Shown here in pieces: positions 1-13,389 of a stretch of 64,000 nt of DNA. Position 1 is the first letter of the stretch; every line of letters starts with the position of its first letter. The notes under the pieces were generated by a model. The model saw nothing but the letters and a program-made list of their open reading frames with translations. It was not told where the DNA came from and made no database searches. This stretch comes from Phoronis australis (taxonomy: Eukaryota; Animalia; Phoronida), in contig NMRA01000002.1 of NCBI GenBank assembly GCA_002633005.1, forward strand, positions 2,464,528 to 2,528,527, in the 5' to 3' direction. Made by a program: the position numbers and the translations under genes.

Positions 1-1177
1 GGATTCCGACAAGATGAATTGAAGTACAATTGTAAAAGACAACCAGTTAAAACTGTTAATGTCGAGCCCTGCCTATATTAAAACAAAAACACCATTCAGT
101 CACTATATCATTCTCCAAAAATATTTTTTTCCTGCGGAGACTAGTACAGCCCCGAAGCATACATGTATAGAGAGATATGTACTATTTTAATACAGTTATA
201 TTATTACTATACAATGTAATATTTCACAATGCCTATCAACTTTAAAAATCAAAGCATGAAAATTAAGTGCTCGGTATAACTTGGAGTGTCATGATTCTGC
301 CGAGTTAATCGTGTTTATTTTTTCTCTAGTATTAGCAGGTGGACGCACATCACGATGCCAGCAAAACCCCCTTGAGAGGCCTACCACATAATCGGTGTCG
401 ATAACGGAGGTGGTCACGATCTGTGCAGGAATCTTAGCGCGTGAATTTGGTGAACAATCCGGCCACACTGAGGCACCAATAGCTTGCAAACAGCAATGTT
501 GATAATATCAAGCTGGTCGGTGATCGTGATTGCTGGTAAACAACACCAGAATCACTTAGCCATAGAAGACATTCCCAGGTTCGATACTAGAATAAACAAT
601 AAGTTAGACAAACAACGGTGGCAAAATTATTTAATTCAATATATACTGAAAACTGCGAGCTCTTGTGGTTTCAGAGGTCATTCATTAGTTACGCAGCTCT
701 CGTTAACACGTCGACCTAAACTTAGCGAAAAAAACGACAAACAACCATAGTCCGTAGAAAGTACACGAGAAGATGGTAACCGGAACGGCCCACGATCGCA
801 GTGATTCTTGTGCACATTAAATGTGAAAGTTCCGCATCTGATTCCACTCTTAAGGATATTGTCAAATCGGCAAATATTAGCCGGTCCCAAGAGACTACAG
901 AAGCTTTGACTCATCACAGAAAATTCCATTGTAGCGTGGCCCCACACCCACTCAGAGAGAACTCTGCACGTAGTCGCTAGGAAAGCCATAGCAAGTTGTC
1001 GCTATTTGTCTTCAGCCTCCCGTTCAGTAACGTCAGGACCTCGCTAAAAAGCAAGACTTCGCGAGATTACGTGAGATATTGCCGTGCATTTTAAATGAGA
1101 GCACGTGACATTGACTACGTTTTAGCTAGGTCCTAGCATAGGTCCTAGGTCTACTGAACGCACGCCTGTTTTACTCC

Positions 1178-4100
1178 TCACTTTCCATTCCTCCGACATT
1201 TCTTTAAAAGCGGAAGTAGCAGTAAGATAAAGCCACCGCTACCAATCAGAGCTCCGCTGACAATAAAGGAGGTGACGTAAGAGCCTGTTCTGTCGTACAA
1301 CCAACCTGAAAATCACCAGAAACAGATATCCAAATGTTATCAACACTTCGTGGCGACATTACCAAAGCAGTTTATGTTAAAAGGGACTACCGCAAAGTCC
1401 GTTTGACAGCATTCCTTGAACTATAACCTTGTAACTTTGGCTCCCACACAAAGTTAAAGAGCGTCACTCTGACCACTAATGAAGTGGTGTAATGATTAGC
1501 TAATTTTGCTTCGTCTGGTTAAACGTGAGAATCGTCACGTAAACTGCATTTTGCCTTGCTCAACTGTATTTCGAGGTCATTAATTAGGTCAAAAGACTGG
1601 TTAGTCTCCATAAATTTGACGTATTTGATTTTTCTTCAGTGCATTTGGTTTTATCTTTCATGAAAGTTGTGATTTATAATGAATTTGTTTTAATTTTCAC
1701 AAAACGATTTAAATTTTAAATTGTTTTAAACCCGAGTCACTCCGCATTGTCTTTATTTCCAATAATTCAGACCCTGTAGGCCCTCCAAAAATGGTTTGCT
1801 GTCAATCTTTGGAGTAAATGGGAAGTGGCTGTCACGGGTGGTATTCAAACGCTCCTTCAAGTTGTTTGCTTGGATTTGGAACACCTCCGAGGAACAAGTT
1901 GAAGCTATGAAAATACCCGAGGTGTTCCAGATGGACCTTCAGATTTTTGACTATCGATTCCGACTTACGTCAGTTTACGCAAGGCTGCGTCAGTTTACGA
2001 ACAAAAAGTCCAAAATACTAGGCTTTATCCCATACGCGTTGAATCTGTGGAAGGAAATACGGCCATGTAATAAAGTTTTCCGTATTCACCTCCCGCACTA
2101 CTTCAACAGTGACCTCTGACATGGAAAGTTCAAAACGTAGGCCAATGTCCACTCCACGTCGTTAGCCGGATCGATCACAAAACTCAGTTCGGAAAATAGA
2201 TTAAAGTAATAGAATTATAGCAGACAAGTGTAAATAACGTTCAACATACAATCAGGTATGAACCGTAACATCTGGAACAGGACTCTTAATTATATGACAT
2301 TTCTGTCTCAGTTTTCATTTGCTAAATATTTTATCGTTTGCAACTCAGGCGCTGATTTCTCGGTAACTACATTATCAAATATAGTTGTTATTTAACTATT
2401 TTCAGGAGACGTTACAAGTTCAATGAAAAGTTACCCTTGTTTTCATCTTTGTTATCTCTTTTCAAGTAATAAATCGTTACATTAAAAAATGTTTCTTTTA
2501 CTAGGGAAAACTTGCAGCCTAACGCGCAAGTACATACATATAGGATGTGCTCCGCCACCTGAACACTCTGACTGAAGTATTTAAAAAATCTGCGGAAACA
2601 ATGAAAGAAACTTAGGAATTCGAAGCGTATGGGCTAAATACAATCGGTCGAGGTCGATACTCGGAATAATGCCGAGTGGTACGTTTTGTATTTATCCCAT
2701 ACGCTTCGAATTCCCATCTTTCTTTCATTTTTCCGCAGATTTTTTAAATACTTCACTCAGACTGTTCACGTGGCGGGAGGTGAATACGGAAAACCTTATT
2801 ACATGGTCGTATTTCTTTCGACAGATTCAACGCGTATGGGATAAATAACGCGTTGCTGTGCATCATCGCACCATGTACCATAGTTGTCTATAATCTATTA
2901 TTGCACAGATCACCCAAATAATGATAGAGTCCTTTGAGTTCCAGTTAGCTGCTCATTCATATTAGAATACTAGTTTTTTTAAACATTATTAGAAGCGACT
3001 CTAATGTTCGTAACGTATGTACACCATTCTCAATGTAGCGAATTATGACTGTGTTGTCAACAAACTCCTGACGAGTTATCTTGCGACCATGAACGTTTTG
3101 AAAATGGTCTTGTGTTGCCTAGTGGAATATTTGGCATTGAATGGAACATTTCATTAAATAAACCGAGCACCGACAGCCTGACAATAGTTGATGTCGTTCT
3201 CAGGGTTCTTGGCGTGTAGAGCGCCATGGTTAGCGAGGTGCTCATCTTGCACTGAAAATTTTCAATAGTTTGTACATGTATATATGGAATGGCATGTTCC
3301 CATACTTGGAAACTGCCCGCTTTTAGCGGGACCTTCCAGATTTTTTAAGGTTTGTCCAGCTTTCCACCAACGCATCGGAATTTCTTACACTTGATTTTAT
3401 TTACGTATTAACGTGTGGTTCTGTGCAATAAAAGAGATTTTGCAAATGGCAGGTTACGCGCACGGCTTATCCAAACTTTTTGCACCTTTTCACGCCAAGC
3501 GAAAAAAGGAAGAAAATCTCGGAATCTTTCCAGGTGTTACGACGCAAATTCGTCCCTTGCGATATTCCCTAGATCAAAATGTCCCGCTTTTTCGTTTCCG
3601 AATTTTGGCAACTATGTTCTTCATTCTGATCCCGGGTTCTCCAAATTACCACCAATCGGTTTATTTTTCTACAATTGAATGATTAGCCACGATCACCTTA
3701 CCCATGAACGGCGTGCATGTCATCGAAAGTATTCCATAAAGACTGTTTGAAATGACAAAGACTTCCACCAGAACATCCATCGAAAACAGATCTAATACCA
3801 GTTGAGTTACTATAGCAAAACGAGCTGTAAAGAAGATAGAAAGAATGATGGTACTATTTTTTGGAATTAGAAAGATGAAAAAATCGCACAAGAGGGTGTT
3901 AATCAATTCATCTTGAACCACAATGAAATACTGATTTGGTCCACAACTTCTCATTCAAGTTTACCTAACGATCGACTAAGGCAAGCTTTACCGGGTAGCA
4001 CGAAATCTTACTTGGCAGCTAAGAGACTATTGAAATATAGATGAATGGCACCGATGTAGATTACTTACATGCTGAAAACCCATAAAACACGGCGCAAACC

Positions 4101-7100
4101 ACAAGTGAAGCGTACGTGTTGCAGAAGCCAACCACAACGGTAGATAATCCACCAATCATGAGCGTTCCAATAAATACGTAGATCCTGTAAGGAGCAACCT
4201 GCTTTAAATCTGCGAGTGCCCCTAAAACTATCCGAAAAACTGTATTGACAATGCCGATGACGGAGATCAAGAATGCTGCGTCTTGTGGATTGATACCTAT
4301 GCTTTTCGCATAATCAGGGACAAACATGTACGGAGCTGCATTTCCCGCGCTTGAGAAAATAGTGTGTAGCAGGAAAATGTGAAAGATCGGATCCCTCAAA
4401 ACTCGTAAATATCGAGCGGTATTCGTTTGTGTTGTTATAACAGAGGCACTCGCTCCACCTTCGTCGTCTTGAAATGCCACCGAAAAAATTGACGAAAACG
4501 ACGAAGCAAGTATAGGTGGTTTAAACTCGTTTGATTTCTCTGTCAATCCATTGCTCTCCATTTTGACACTGTTTTCTGACACAGTCACTTGAGTGGGGCT
4601 TTCCGTCGTGTAGGAATTCTGAAAGAAGAAAATCAAGCAAAATTCAATTTGCAACTTCAAACATAAATGATGGCAGCGCTACCTTTTCGACGCCATTTTG
4701 TAATTTGACTTTACACAGTTTCACCAATTTTATTGTGCCCTGGCGCTACACGGATCATTTAGCCATGTTACTGCAGGGAATTGTAAAATTGGTTTCGTGC
4801 AAGAGTTAGTCAATGCACTTCATTGTGAAGAGGATGAGTCGATCATTGTCTTTTGGTAGCTCGCGAATGACTGCGAAAAATGTTACCATTGGCTCAAGTG
4901 GTGCAAAGGTCGCTCCTGCAGCCAGTCCATTAGCTACGACTCCTCCAAGAATGAGGATTGCTCCTTTCCACCCGTACAAGTCCAACAGGTACTGACAAAG
5001 GGGTGGCATAACAAACATGCCCACACCAGAGCCACACACGGCCAACCCGGACGCAAATGACCTCCTCTTGTCAAAGTACCATCCAACGCAGACGACACTG
5101 GGTAAATGCATCATTGAGAACCCAAGACCTGAAAAAATATTCACCTTGACTGTTATCTCTATAAACAGCTGGACAGCTAACTGAGTAGGATAACATTTTG
5201 CCCTTGTCTGTCAAAGACAAAGGGAATCTGTACGCTATGATGGGCATCTGTAGACCCAAGTCCTAGTATTTTGCTCACTGTCTACGCTTTTTAAAAGCAT
5301 TAACAACTAAAATTCAACATGTCTTAAAGCCCTCCATCAGTTGAGAAAACTGCATAAGATAGTAGTTATTCAAAACTACATCCTTTTACGACAAGGCAGC
5401 CCACGGCAGTCACCGATGGACAGCTGAAAAAGAAACAAAACGTTCGTTCTCCATAACATTAGGCTACACTGTGCACGCAGCGCGGCTATGGTCAGTTTAA
5501 TTCAAGTGTGAATAATATGAATTAACTTGTCAGTCAGTTCGAAGTTGGCGCCAAACCTTACTGACTTGAGCATAACTTATCGAAATATTGCGTTCTAAAC
5601 AAACCCGCAATACTTATGGAAGAAATGACTGACCTTGCTCGCTTTTGAATTCCCGTAGAAAGCAGTGCAAAAACCGGTTTTGGGGATGTAATGATACAAT
5701 TGAAGCTGTGTGTACACGTATTATCAGGAAAAAATGTAAATAAATTGCGATTTTAAAGAAACACCACAACTGATAGACTTAAAAACAAGTGTGAAGATTT
5801 AGGGCACCCTAGTAATTCCAAATATTATGTTCGGGTAGTGAAATAAACAAATAATAAAACTGTAGCTTGTTTCATTAGGGTAACGACAACGCTGTGGTGG
5901 TACTGGGAGTCCCGTATTGTCCTAAGAATTGTGGTCGAGATGAGTGTGCAAATATAACTCCAGTTATCTGTCTGTCTGTTTGACGCTGCAGTTGGGATCT
6001 GATTTGCCCCCATGCATGGAAGAGGTGAGTTTCCAAATAAACTCGGCTACATGCCTTATTTGTTCTCTTGGCCGGTATCAGGGTTTCGTCCGGTACGATG
6101 AAATATTATCATACTCAGGCATTTACGTCAGTGAAAATGGTCTCACAAAACGAGCCTTACGCGAGAATTTAAGGAAAACTCGGATGGTTTCAGACCATTG
6201 GGTAACCTTGGGTTGTTTGTAAATCAAGTACTTCATTTGCGCATTCACAATTTAATGAGACTATGCACCTTTAACCGAACGAGAACTCCCTCACTCGCGG
6301 ACCATGAAGGAGAAAGGTTGCCTAATTCTCTTGTTTATTCCCCGGTACGATGTATGAACGTCTGCGTCTTGGTAGAAAAACTTACCTGTAATGGCCCCAA
6401 GGGTAACATACAGGACGTAGATCTCAGATACAAAGGTGCTGGTAACTAGGCCAAGAGTCGCAAGAGTAGCGCCTGTTATACAAGAAACACGGCAGCCCCA
6501 TCTTCGGACCACATAGCCTACTATAGGACCTTAAACAAATTATCATTTGCATAATTCTGCAGGAAGTGCACAGTTATGTTCTCATTAACTTCATTTTGCA
6601 ATAAGGCTGACGTTGTGGCACAAAAATGGAATACACGTCTACTACATAAAAAGATTAATATGCAAAGGTATAATACATACACGTAAATGTAAGTATGATT
6701 TACTACTGTATAGTAAACCAGTCCTATTTAAAGGTTGGAAGTCCGAGTCCCATATACAATGTACACCACACTCAAATTACACATCGAATTTTAACCCACA
6801 AACGTCGAAAGTACGATAGCGCGAACACATTTATCTGCTGAAATAATACGGCGACTATACATGTAGGCCTAACTACATGGAAATCTAGCCAGTACTCGGC
6901 TTTTAAACTGACTAACGGAAATCAAGCCCCTCGAAACACGTATTCACACTACGATTTGACATTTTGTTATTCGCTTTTACATGGGCAGCGCAGCACTGAA
7001 ATAAGTGGGGTGCTACATGTATAGCCCCCTTGCCCCCTATACGGTGTGCCGCGCATGTCCATAGGTTACACTGAAAGATGGGGGCTATAGCCCCCCCCCC

Positions 7101-9675
7101 AGTTCCCTACGGTACGCCGTCCATGTTTTAACTCCGCTATGTCCATTATTAATTAGCGGTGAACTCGTGAACTATATTATCCACTTGGCTCATTGGCTGA
7201 CTCTCACAGGGGCGGATCCAAGATTTTGATTAAGGGGCTCCAGGGCAGAATATTAACCAAGATTTTTCCCGTCAGAAATTCGCTCCGCCGAACTGCCAAA
7301 TGGAATCTGGAAGAATTTTAGGGGGACATGACCCCCTTGGCCCCCTTAAATCCGCCACCTGAGGCTTAGGTCACTACTAATTACAATATGGCGTCAATAC
7401 ATCAAAATCTGAGAGTACAAGATGGCACTGTTGATTTGATTCTTCATTGTAAGAGAAAGGTAAAAGGAGGCGAAATATAAACGGGAAGGTCTTTCATGGT
7501 TCCTTTAAATATCCTAACGGAGTTTCATATAGTTTTAACTAGAGCGCACTCACCAAGTACTTCTGCCATTCTTCAGATTTATGTCCATTTCACAAATCGA
7601 TGGACCTTCAGCTCTGTATGAGCTGGGTATTGGGTAAATTTACTTCTACAGTAGAGGTACATGTTTAAGCAAAGTGAAACACGGATTTCTCCAGATCTAA
7701 ATAAATGCTACTCAGTGGCGTAGCGAGAGGGAGCAGTTGCCCAGGCGCCAACTGAGCGCCAAAAATAAAAAAGTAATTGTTGTAGTCGATCTCAAACGCG
7801 ATGCCTGAAAATACAAATATTAGTTGCGTGACTCCACTGCCAAACAGCAGATTCGTTTAGAATAGTGTTGTAAAACGAACGCATAAAATACATGCAGGTA
7901 TATCAAAATAGTCAAATTCATAGGCCCAAAGTACAGTTCATAACAAATGAAAATGCCAGATGCACTTGAAAAGTGCATGATAAAACTGGCAATATATTTA
8001 TTGCGATTTTTCATTAAATAAAAAATTTTGCCAATACTGCTTTTACTTCAGAATTTTGTGTGTAAATATAACCAAATGGTTTGGCCAAAGGCAGAGATAG
8101 GTCTCAATGCAGCCTGCCGCTTTCGACAGCAAAATTCATTTTACACACAGCGAAATTTTCGAAACAGTCATAATAACAAGTGAAGACTCGTATACATGTA
8201 AACATGTAAACATGTATACTCAGCGGTTTCAAATTGAGGAAATTCTTACAACTTATAAATGTTATCACCGTTGCGGTGATACTACCAAGCAACTACGAAG
8301 GTTACGTCACACTTAGTACATGATGCGGCGATGTGCTTCTATATCTGCTAGAATCCATGCTCCAGATTTTGAACTAACACTGAAGACAGTTATCATTATA
8401 TGATAAACAAGGGATAGCGATCACATATTACACTGCAGAATTTGATCAGTTCTATAGGCACACCCGGGGGGGGGTTCGGGGAGCTCGAATGAGCCCCCCC
8501 CCCTCAATTTGGCGAAAATGGCAAAAAGGTCCGCCACAGTGAAACAAAAAGTCCGAGTAAACGAGACAAAAGTCCACAGGAAGTTGACGACGAGGATCCA
8601 CAATTCGTAGGCCTGCCCCTTCTTTTTTTAGTCCTCGTTTATTTCTTTCAGTAAAAGGTCCCCACAACGAAATATTTGAGCCTCCCCTGTATTTTAGGTT
8701 GTGTGCGCGTATGTAGACTCACCTACGGACATAAACTCGTTCTGTTACACCTGTATAGTGCAAGACGTAAAGTCACGTTCGCCAGTAGAAAAACTATTGA
8801 GTACTTCCGTAACTCACCGGTAATTTCCGTACCGTCCTTGACCTCGAGCGGCCCACGATGAAAGTGTGTGGGGGCTTTTTGTGAACATTTTTGTTCTTTG
8901 ACTGCGAATTTCTTACGAAGTCGCCGGAACAGGACACCGTGAATGGTATTGGGAGAAAGAACTATTGAACCTCTGTTTTATGTAAATTTATTGAGTTTTA
9001 TATTTGCTATGGACGGCTGAAGTGAAGCACCCCTGGAATTTCTAGTCGGGAGTGTCATAACTTGTAGTATTATATGTAGTGTATTGGGGACGATCAGAAG
9101 CTGAGGACGCTTGTGGTTGGTGAAATGAAAACTGACTTAGACCAGGTGTAAACTGGAGACAAACCAGGTTTCACTAGACCACTGGTCTAAAAGTTAAACC
9201 ACCTTTATAAAATTCATATTGTCTTTAAACCTAGTGTAAGTCCAGTTTAAACCAGGTTTAACTTTAAACCACGTTTACGAAATCAGCTGTTGATGTCTGA
9301 TTGTTTGTATCCTGAAGATGTGTAATGAATAGACGAAACGTTGAATTAATGTGATTTTTTCATTTGTGCGGCGATTATCCGTTTCTTGATTCGATTATGG
9401 CCAAAAACTGACGTAATTGCTGGTATTATTATTCGTATTTATAAATAAACATACTCACTTGAAAGCATGGTGCAACCATTGGTGATAGATCCCACCCATG
9501 ACGTCACAACTCGGCTGGAGTGAAAGTAGTCGAGGAAATCTGAATAAAACACTCCGCAGGAATATACTAATCCATCAAACAGAAGATGGTTCACAAAGGA
9601 AGCAACCACAACCAACCACCCCCAGCCACCGTCAGGAGCGCTGAACGATACACGTTGCACGTCAGTAGCACTCAT
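1178..9675 (-). CDS. SLC16/monocarboxylate transporter family MFS protein, paralog A (MCT12/14-like), 467 aa; exons 9459-9675, 6386-6529, 4887-5128, 4069-4618, 3702-3824, 1178-1305
   Basis: Manual splicing with GT-AG at every junction and consistent phases (1,1,0,1,1), 1404 nt total. Family motifs: PDGGWGW (N-term), YFDKRRSFASGLAVCGSGVG, YGWKGA, FVPDYA, GWLYDRTGSY. The last exon (GWLYDRTGSYVTSFIVSGALIGSGGFILLLLPLLKKCRRNGK*) is not in the ORF track and was read by hand. Confidence 0.93.
2024..2845. mobile_element. Non-autonomous foldback element with terminal inverted repeats and an internal hairpin (intron 5 of gene A)
   Basis: TTTATCCCATACGCGTTGAATCTG at 2024 is the reverse complement of CAGATTCAACGCGTATGGGATAAA ending at 2845. 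Inner inverted repeat 2551-2643 / 2686-2778. An inverted partial copy lies at ~32495-33216. Confidence 0.8.
3301..3616. mobile_element. Short non-autonomous DNA transposon (hAT-like MITE)
   Basis: Imperfect terminal inverted repeats CATACTTGGAAAC ... TTGGCAACTATG and internal CCCGCTTTT repeats; no clear TSD. Confidence 0.5.
6980..7125. mobile_element. Dimeric CATG-ended MITE with 5-bp TSD
   Basis: CATGGGC...GTCCATG termini flanked by TTTTA on both sides (6975-6979, 7126-7130). Its monomer matches 15009-15092. Confidence 0.7.
7207..7361. mobile_element. CAGGGGCGGATCC-type MITE
   Basis: Termini CAGGGGCGGATCC...AAATCCGCCACCTG; inverted homolog of 43856-44009. Confidence 0.65.
8453..8713. mobile_element. 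Degenerate copy of the ~250-bp CATGCGCGCACCCAG MITE family
   Basis: Shares the GGCAAAAAGGTCCGC / AAAAGTCCAC core and GTGTGCGCGTATG end with 11758-12018 and 58670-58905. Confidence 0.7.
9130..9285. repeat. Short element built of AAACC(A/T)GG/AAACTGG repeats (possible Harbinger-like MITE)
   Basis: Repeated AGACCAGG, AAACCAGGTTT and AGTTAAACCAC units. Family assignment is tentative. Confidence 0.35.
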
Positions 9676-11757
9676 GTGGACTGTAAATTGCCGCTCAAGG
9701 CTCCACGGGCACAGACTTGAATATGCCTGATGGTCAAAGAGGATACATCAGTGTACGATTGGTCAAATTAGATCAGTCTCAATTTCCAACGGTCCATGGA
9801 ATCTGAAAGGAAATGCTTTGAATTAGTACCAAAGGATTCTAAGCCAACAAACTCTTGCAGGAACAATTTGACAGGCAGTCCGTTGCATTTAGTGCTTGCG
9901 CTTTCTTCGAAGGGTGAACGAAACATATTTGCAAAGTAACCAAATGGTGATCTTGACAACAATGTGAAAGTATACTTCTGCCATTGATCTTCTCCTCAAC
10001 TTGACCTCACATGCGGGTCAAAACGATATGATAATTTTTTAGATTAACCTCGATAACAAAGTGCTAGGATTACCATTTAATTGACTGCCTTGAGTTCCCC
10101 TTACCTCCCCATTTCTTCTTCACATTTAGACTCCGAGCTGGCAACGTACTCGAATGAAACATCGTGCAAAATAACGACGGCAGACGAGTACGATAGTAAT
10201 GACGTAATGTTACGATTGTGTGTCAGATATATGTGTGCATATCTATGATCAAGTATGTCACTGCAATCAAAATATAACCTCTAGACCCCACGCACAAGGA
10301 TGGTGTATAAGAAATAAAATAGGCCTTCTGTTGTACATGTGCCAATCGTGTATGACACTTTACACACAAGACTTCGCAGGGGTACTAAACCTAACTGGCT
10401 GGATTCATTACTTTCCTAGTTAAACGGAACATTTAATTTTCATGATTTTTTTAGAAACTTTACGTAATATGATATAACACATTTTGTATTAAAACTTGAC
10501 ATTTAAATGCATGTAGTATATCTGTCTTTATATTTCCAGACGTCCGTGAGTGGCCGACAACCAGGGGTCTTCTTCCCAAAGCTACTATCGGCTTTTGTTC
10601 TTCGACTTTAGCCAAAAGACAAAAACTGTGCATGATTACGTATAGCGAAAAGTTCTTCGCGTTTTTCGAAATGTTTTGTCTTCTGTAGGTTCAAGCAGTC
10701 TTTTGACAGCGCCAGTGGTAGAGTGATTTTCTTCGTTCATTCTTAACTTGAGAGTTTTGCCGAAACGGTAGTATACTTCTCCGCAGACAAACACAAAAAG
10801 ACTCTTCGAGAAACACTCCCCTTTAACTGACTTGGTGGATTAACTTCTAAAAGTACCACCTTCAAGGTTGACAATGTTCAAGTTGCCGGTTTTGGAAAAC
10901 CCTATTTAGCCAGGTAAAACGGTGAGGATATTAGTTGTCTCGATATACACAATGCTTATTGACATCTTTTGTCCTTTTTCCGTGAAATCCACCCACGCGA
11001 CTCACCTATCTTGCACAGAGAAAAAAAGAAGCGTCACCTTTTTGTGTTGCCGTCACGTGACCACACTCTTCCCCCCTCCATTTGTCAGTGACGCTACATA
11101 ATACTAACTCACTGACTGGTTAATTTTAATCACGTGATCGTCATCATCTGAGCCCTGTTTGCTCGACACTGGCTACATGTACAATGCATCTTTCCTTGTC
11201 GTTTTTAGCTCGATTTCTACGACAAGATTTTCCAGTTACGTATTTCTAGAAACACCAGTAGAACATGATCAAAGACAATGCAGTTCTTCATGTTGCCCAA
11301 TGTCTTGCCTTGGTGTAGTTCAGGTACTGACAGATTGGGTGAAATTGAAATGCCTCAAACTTCCTTTTACCGTATTGCCGCGCCTTTCAGCCCAGGGCCC
11401 ATATCCGAATTCAAGCCTTTCCTCGCCGCTTTTTTTACTCAAGTGGATTACATATTGGCACTTGGGCCTAAGTTTGGCATATAAGCCCAAGTAATGTCCC
11501 CTGCATAGGCCCATATCTTTAATTCGCATAGACGCACATCCTACTACCGTTGTGCCAATACGTTTGCCTTTGTACTGTATATCTTGAGTTCTCGAGATAA
11601 TTTCATGATATTAAGTAAATAGTTTTGTATTGTAGTTTTTCGCGCCATTAGACCCACGGGCCTAATCCAAACTAATACCCTTTTCGCACCTTGTTTTAAC
11701 CCAAGTGATTCACATATTAGTGCATGAGCCTAAATTTCGCATATAAGCGTAGTAATG

Positions 11758-12018
11758 CATGCGCGCACCCAGCCTAAAACATAGGGGGGCTCGAATTTTT
11801 CAGTGTGCGGATCTTTTACTGAAAAAAAGAAAACGAGGACTACTAGTAAAAAACGGGATACTGGGTTCAGACCTATGAATTGTGCGATCTTGCCGATTTC
11901 CTGTGGACTCTTGTCTCGTTTTTCGGACTTTTTCTTTCTCTGAGGCGGACCTTTTTTCCCAATTCGCCAAATGCGAGGCTCGTTCGAGCCCCTCGAGCCT
12001 CCCCTGGGTGCGCGCATG
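11758..12018. mobile_element. CATGCGCGCACCCAG MITE, best-preserved copy, 5-bp TSD TAATG
   Basis: Perfect 15-bp TIR CATGCGCGCACCCAG / CTGGGTGCGCGCATG; TAATG at 11753-11757 and 12019-12023. Confidence 0.85.
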
Positions 12019-13143
12019 TAATGCATACTGAGATGCTCATGGACCTAATGGCGCTGCATTACAGTACATGTAAATGTTCGACATCTTTTTGCGATAAACA
12101 TATATTTCTCTCAGCTATTGGGTTTTTGGATTTCATGCAATCACTGGAGCACCGGCAGCCAAAATGGTTCCCGGTAAGAAAGTCGTCATTTTACCGCTTA
12201 AAGGTTCTACCAAATTTAATTGTCTCATGTGATCTTTAGTTAAGCCTCTGCGAATATAGATGAAACTGTAAGGGTTGTACGTATACAACCAGTGTAAGCT
12301 ACGGGTTGGGCATGGACTAAGCGGCAGAAGGAATGAGCTCGCTGGTTCCCTACGTGCTTAACCAGCATGCACTTTGGCTACCGGCCACCTCGCGGCACGC
12401 AGGGAAACAGCGAGCAGCCAGGAGGTGGTTCAGTCCTGCGGTCTGATTGCTCGGGTTTACAGTGGACTACATGTAGTGCTCTATGTAATTCTCCGCGAAG
12501 CTCTCGCACGTCAGTTAAGAGCAATCAACGACGCTGCGGTATTGTGAGGACTCTCTAGACTCTCTCCCGCCAGCTCTATAAGTACAACGAAGCAATGGTT
12601 TATTCAGGGCTGTGCAAAATGGACTCCTACTGAAGTTCTCACTCACCAGCTTAATTGTATCGTTTTTGTTGTTCAGTTGAAATCATACTTTGATACTTGC
12701 TTCAAAACTCTTATTTTGTTTCTACTGCAACATGGCACTGTAACAAAGTGTGGGATGTATCGTGCATTTGTGAGGCTCATGCTCATACAGCGCGTGATGG
12801 TTAACAATCACTGGCTACAACGCCTAGCAGGCAGATTGTGTGTCAACGCACCCTGCCCCAGTAGGCGATTTCCTTCTCCCCGGAAGCCTCCAGTTCGTCA
12901 ACGAGATAGCATAAACAGACTTCGCCGGGTCGGCGTCGTTTACAACGGAATAACAGAAAAGTTAAACATGTTTGTCCCATTATGTGCCAATCTGTATTTT
13001 ATGACCATTAACAATGATTGCATCTTGTTTTTTTTTAAATACGCAATCACTATACTCTCTAACCCTTGTGTAGGGCCCTGCACATCGCGCTCTTTGGCAG
13101 TGCATTTCAAAGCAACATTCGCACACCTCCATTGTGACAGTAC

Positions 13144-13389
13144 CAGTGGCGGATTTAGGGGGGCCAGGGGGACCATGGCCACCCTAAAATTGCTGACTAG
13201 CATATGCGCGCACGCAGGGGGGGGGGGGTCGGGGGTCGAATGCACAATGCATAGGCCTTCAACAAACCCCGTCTTTTCTTTTAGTAATAAGGCCCACAAA
13301 CCCAAAAATTCGAGACCCGCTACATCCCTACATTTTAGGCTGGGCACGCGCATGAGGCGAAATTCTGGTTGTTCCTGTGCCCGCCCCTA
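13144..13389. mobile_element. CAGTGGCGGATTTAGGG MITE with a CATGCGCG-family MITE (13201-13354) nested inside
   Basis: Outer left end CAGTGGCGGATTTAGGGGG at 13144; inner termini CATATGCGCGCACGCAG...CTGGGCACGCGCATG. Confidence 0.6.

Noticed and set aside
289-989. Short ORFs at the window start
   Set aside because: No recognisable motifs or consistent splice structure; probably 3' UTR or flank of gene A.
3154-3251. Possible alternative terminal exon of gene A (acceptor TTTTCAG, in-frame VQDEHLANHG...RFI*)
   Set aside because: No homology to TM12; the true last exon was found at 1178-1305; short open frames after an AG are common.
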